DNA of 64,000 nucleotides from Podarcis muralis (lineage: Eukaryota): assembly GCF_964188315.1 (NCBI RefSeq), contig NC_135663.1, forward strand, positions 59,830,001 to 59,894,000. Direction: 5' to 3'. Shown one piece after another: positions 61,950 through 64,000 of the stretch (positions are counted from its first letter, which is position 1; every line of letters starts with the position of its first letter). The notes below the pieces were generated by a model. That model ran no database searches, had not been told where the DNA came from, and was given only the letters and a program-made list of their open reading frames with translations. The translations under genes were made by a program, and so were the position numbers.

Positions 61950-62460
61950 ACCTAGCCAAGCAAATTAAAAAGTTTGCACATGATTTGCTTAAAGATTGGA
62001 GAAGGCTCTAAAACCACTGGAGGCCTCCATAAAAGATATATCGAGCAAGGCAGCAGACACATCTGTGACAGCTAGTAAAGTGCTGAACTTGGGGCTGCAA
62101 AACCAGACCCATCTTGGAAAGCTGACAGACGCGATACTTCAGCTGAAGCTGAAGGACCAGCAAGACCAGAACTGCTATTTTAAAAATTCACTTATCCGAA
62201 GTCCTTGAATAAGAAGAGAAGTGCAAGAAAACAGACTTTCTGATCAGGTTCCCCAGCCTGCTGTAAACCAACAAGTGCAAACCATAGCCCCACTGAACAG
62301 AGAACTCTCCCTGAATGCAACTGCCTGAGGCATTTGGCTCAACCAACAGAGGCAGTAAGACAATAACCACAAATATACATACAAGAATAGACTGATTAAA
62401 TCATTGATATACCAAAATAGAAGTTGCTTCAAGTTTGGAAACAAGGACAACTGTTGTTAA
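61950..62460 (+). mobile_element. Possible L1 ORF1 relic (coiled-coil region)
   Basis: LEASIKDISSKAAD...LQLKLKDQQDQN followed by a degenerate NNLRIRGLPE-like stretch; weak similarity. Confidence 0.4.
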
Positions 62461-62755
62461 CTAGAGCAGCAAAACATTCTTACTACAAATAAAATATTGC
62501 TGATAAGATCTGCCCCACAACCAAGAGCTGATAGGATCTGCTCAATTAAGTTCAGGCTTTGCAGCCCCTATGAATGCTTATATACATACAACTCTCCAGA
62601 CAGACATAGCTTACAAAAGAGCCCTTAAGTCCAGAAAACAGTGAATTTTGGAACAGAGCAATCTTCTTTGAGGAAACGGCCACAGCAATTAAAGAGCTAC
62701 AGAATTGAAAAACCACTGGGAAGTATGGGCTAGGTGGAGCATTCTATTAGGCTTT

Positions 62756-63805
62756 TTGCAGGCCTGAATTTAAATGACGAGAGGCCCTAGGCTACTCCAT
62801 TTGTGAGGCCCCTCCCAATCCCCCACCCTCACAACTGGAAGAAAATGGAAGAATGTTATAAACAAAATTGACTGAAGCCAAGGATGAAGACAGGTATTTA
62901 AAATTCTGCAATTCACAATTTCTGCTCTAAAGGACATAAGATGTTATTGTCAAATAGGTAAAGGTAAAGGGACCCCTGACCATTAGGTCCAGTCGTGACA
63001 GACTCTGGGGTTGTGGCACTTCCGGGTCATGTGGCCAGCATGACTAAGCCGCTTCTGGCGAACCAGAGAAGCATACAGAAATGCCGTTTACCTTCCTGCC
63101 GGAGTGGTACCTATTTATCTACTTGCACTTTGACGTGCTTTCGAACTGCTAGGTTGGCAGGAGCAGGGACCGAGCAACAGGAGCTCACCCCGTCACGGGG
63201 ATTCGAACCGCCAACCTTCTGATCAGCAAGTCCTAGGCTCTGTGGTTTAACCCACAGCGCCACCGTGATTTAAAAAAATACATAAATGTTAAAATTAACA
63301 CTGAAAAACTTTTGCAATAACAGAACTTTGTAAACCTTTTGTGGAATAAGCATTAATTTTTAGGAAAATGAAATTGTAATGTTATTCTTTTTTTAAAAAA
63401 AAAACTTTAGTTTACAAATTATATTGCCTGGGAAATGTAAATAATATGATCATGATTACCTGACAGTGTGGCACTTTTAGAATCTACTTTATGTTTTCAT
63501 TAAACAGTTTTTAAAAACATATTAAGAAGTAAACTACAACCATCAAATACAGTAAGACTAAAAAAGTTTTTTCTAGCCTTCCTTATAGCAAAATCATCCA
63601 AAACATCATCAAAAAAAAATTGTCTAAGTTTGTCACTTTCAATGTACAGAATGCTCAGTGCTGACAACCTCTCTTGAGACATTGTGGCCCTTAATTCATT
63701 TAGTCTTGAAAAACTCCTCTCCCGAGCAGTTAGTGACCATAAAGCTAAGAAATAGCCACAAGACTGTTACCACATTAGAAAAGTCCACCTGAATTTTTTC
63801 CTTGT
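62756..63805 (-). mobile_element. hAT (Tip100/ZMYM1-like) transposon remnant with transposase C-terminal fragment
   Basis: ORF 63500-63682 MSQERLSALSILYIESDKLRQFFFDDVLDDFAIRKARK, preceded by degenerate VTNCSG.RSFSRL; TIR-like caggcctgaatttaa...ggccctaggc at 62756. Confidence 0.7.
62957..63264 (-). mobile_element. Sauria SINE (copy D, second subfamily, internal deletion) nested in the hAT remnant
   Basis: ggtaaaggtaaagggacccctgaccattagg tail and cacagcgccacc head; about 50 nt missing near 63017. Confidence 0.9.
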
Positions 63806-63809
63806 ATAT

Positions 63810-64000
63810 AATAAAAATAATTTAAACGCTTTCTTTGGCCATCTTCGAAACAAGAGAAAGAACAGGCAAGTAGTAGATCCTGTGCGTGGAGAAGATGGAG
63901 AAATGCTATTGGGCGACAGAAAGGAGGAACTGCTCAACATTTACCTTACCTCCAAGCTTTAGACAAAAGAAAGCAATGCCCAACTTGGTGATAATAGAAT
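63810..64000 (+). mobile_element. CR1 LINE ORF2 fragment, runs off the window
   Basis: Translates as NLNAFFGHLRNKRKNRQVVDPVRGEDGEMLLGDRKEELLN, resembling the CR1 linker KxFFxYxxxKRK...GPL..EDG...D.EKAELLN. Confidence 0.7.

Noticed and set aside
57840-64000. CORIN exon 1 or promoter
   Set aside because: No segment resembling the corin N-terminus or a CpG/GATA-rich promoter was recognised; the region is mostly L1, BovB, hAT and CR1 debris. Exon 1 is probably beyond the window.

Overview
Vertebrate genomic DNA from a squamate reptile; the Sauria SINE, Squam3-like SINE and BovB content suggest a lacertid lizard such as Podarcis (inference). The whole window lies inside the CORIN gene (corin, the pro-ANP convertase) on the minus strand. 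I resolved 12 consecutive coding exons, numbered 2-13 by homology to human. All have GT-AG boundaries and consistent phases, and they encode the TM anchor, stalk, Frizzled-1, LDLR-A repeats 1-5, Frizzled-2 and LDLR-A 6. Exon 1 and exons 14 onward were not found and are probably outside the window. The introns hold typical squamate repeats: Sauria SINEs, a Squam3-like SINE, BovB, L1, L2, CR1 and Penelope fragments, and Tc1/mariner, hAT and Harbinger MITEs. I see no evidence of a wholly new multi-gene system. The best observations are: (1) exon 3 has two in-frame donors, one at exactly the mammalian position and one adding a 79-aa Ser/Thr-rich stalk; (2) about 95%-identical inverted Sauria SINEs bracket exons 8-9, a back-splicing or skipping architecture that would give a stop-free 234-nt circle; (3) a Penelope-derived perfect 81-bp palindrome carries a minimal hammerhead ribozyme core; (4) a 3' stem-loop with a compensatory base-pair change is shared by BovB and the SINEs; (5) templated filler sequences occur at SINE 5' junctions. 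All alignments and counts were done by eye, and human comparisons and repeat family names are from memory, not from searches.
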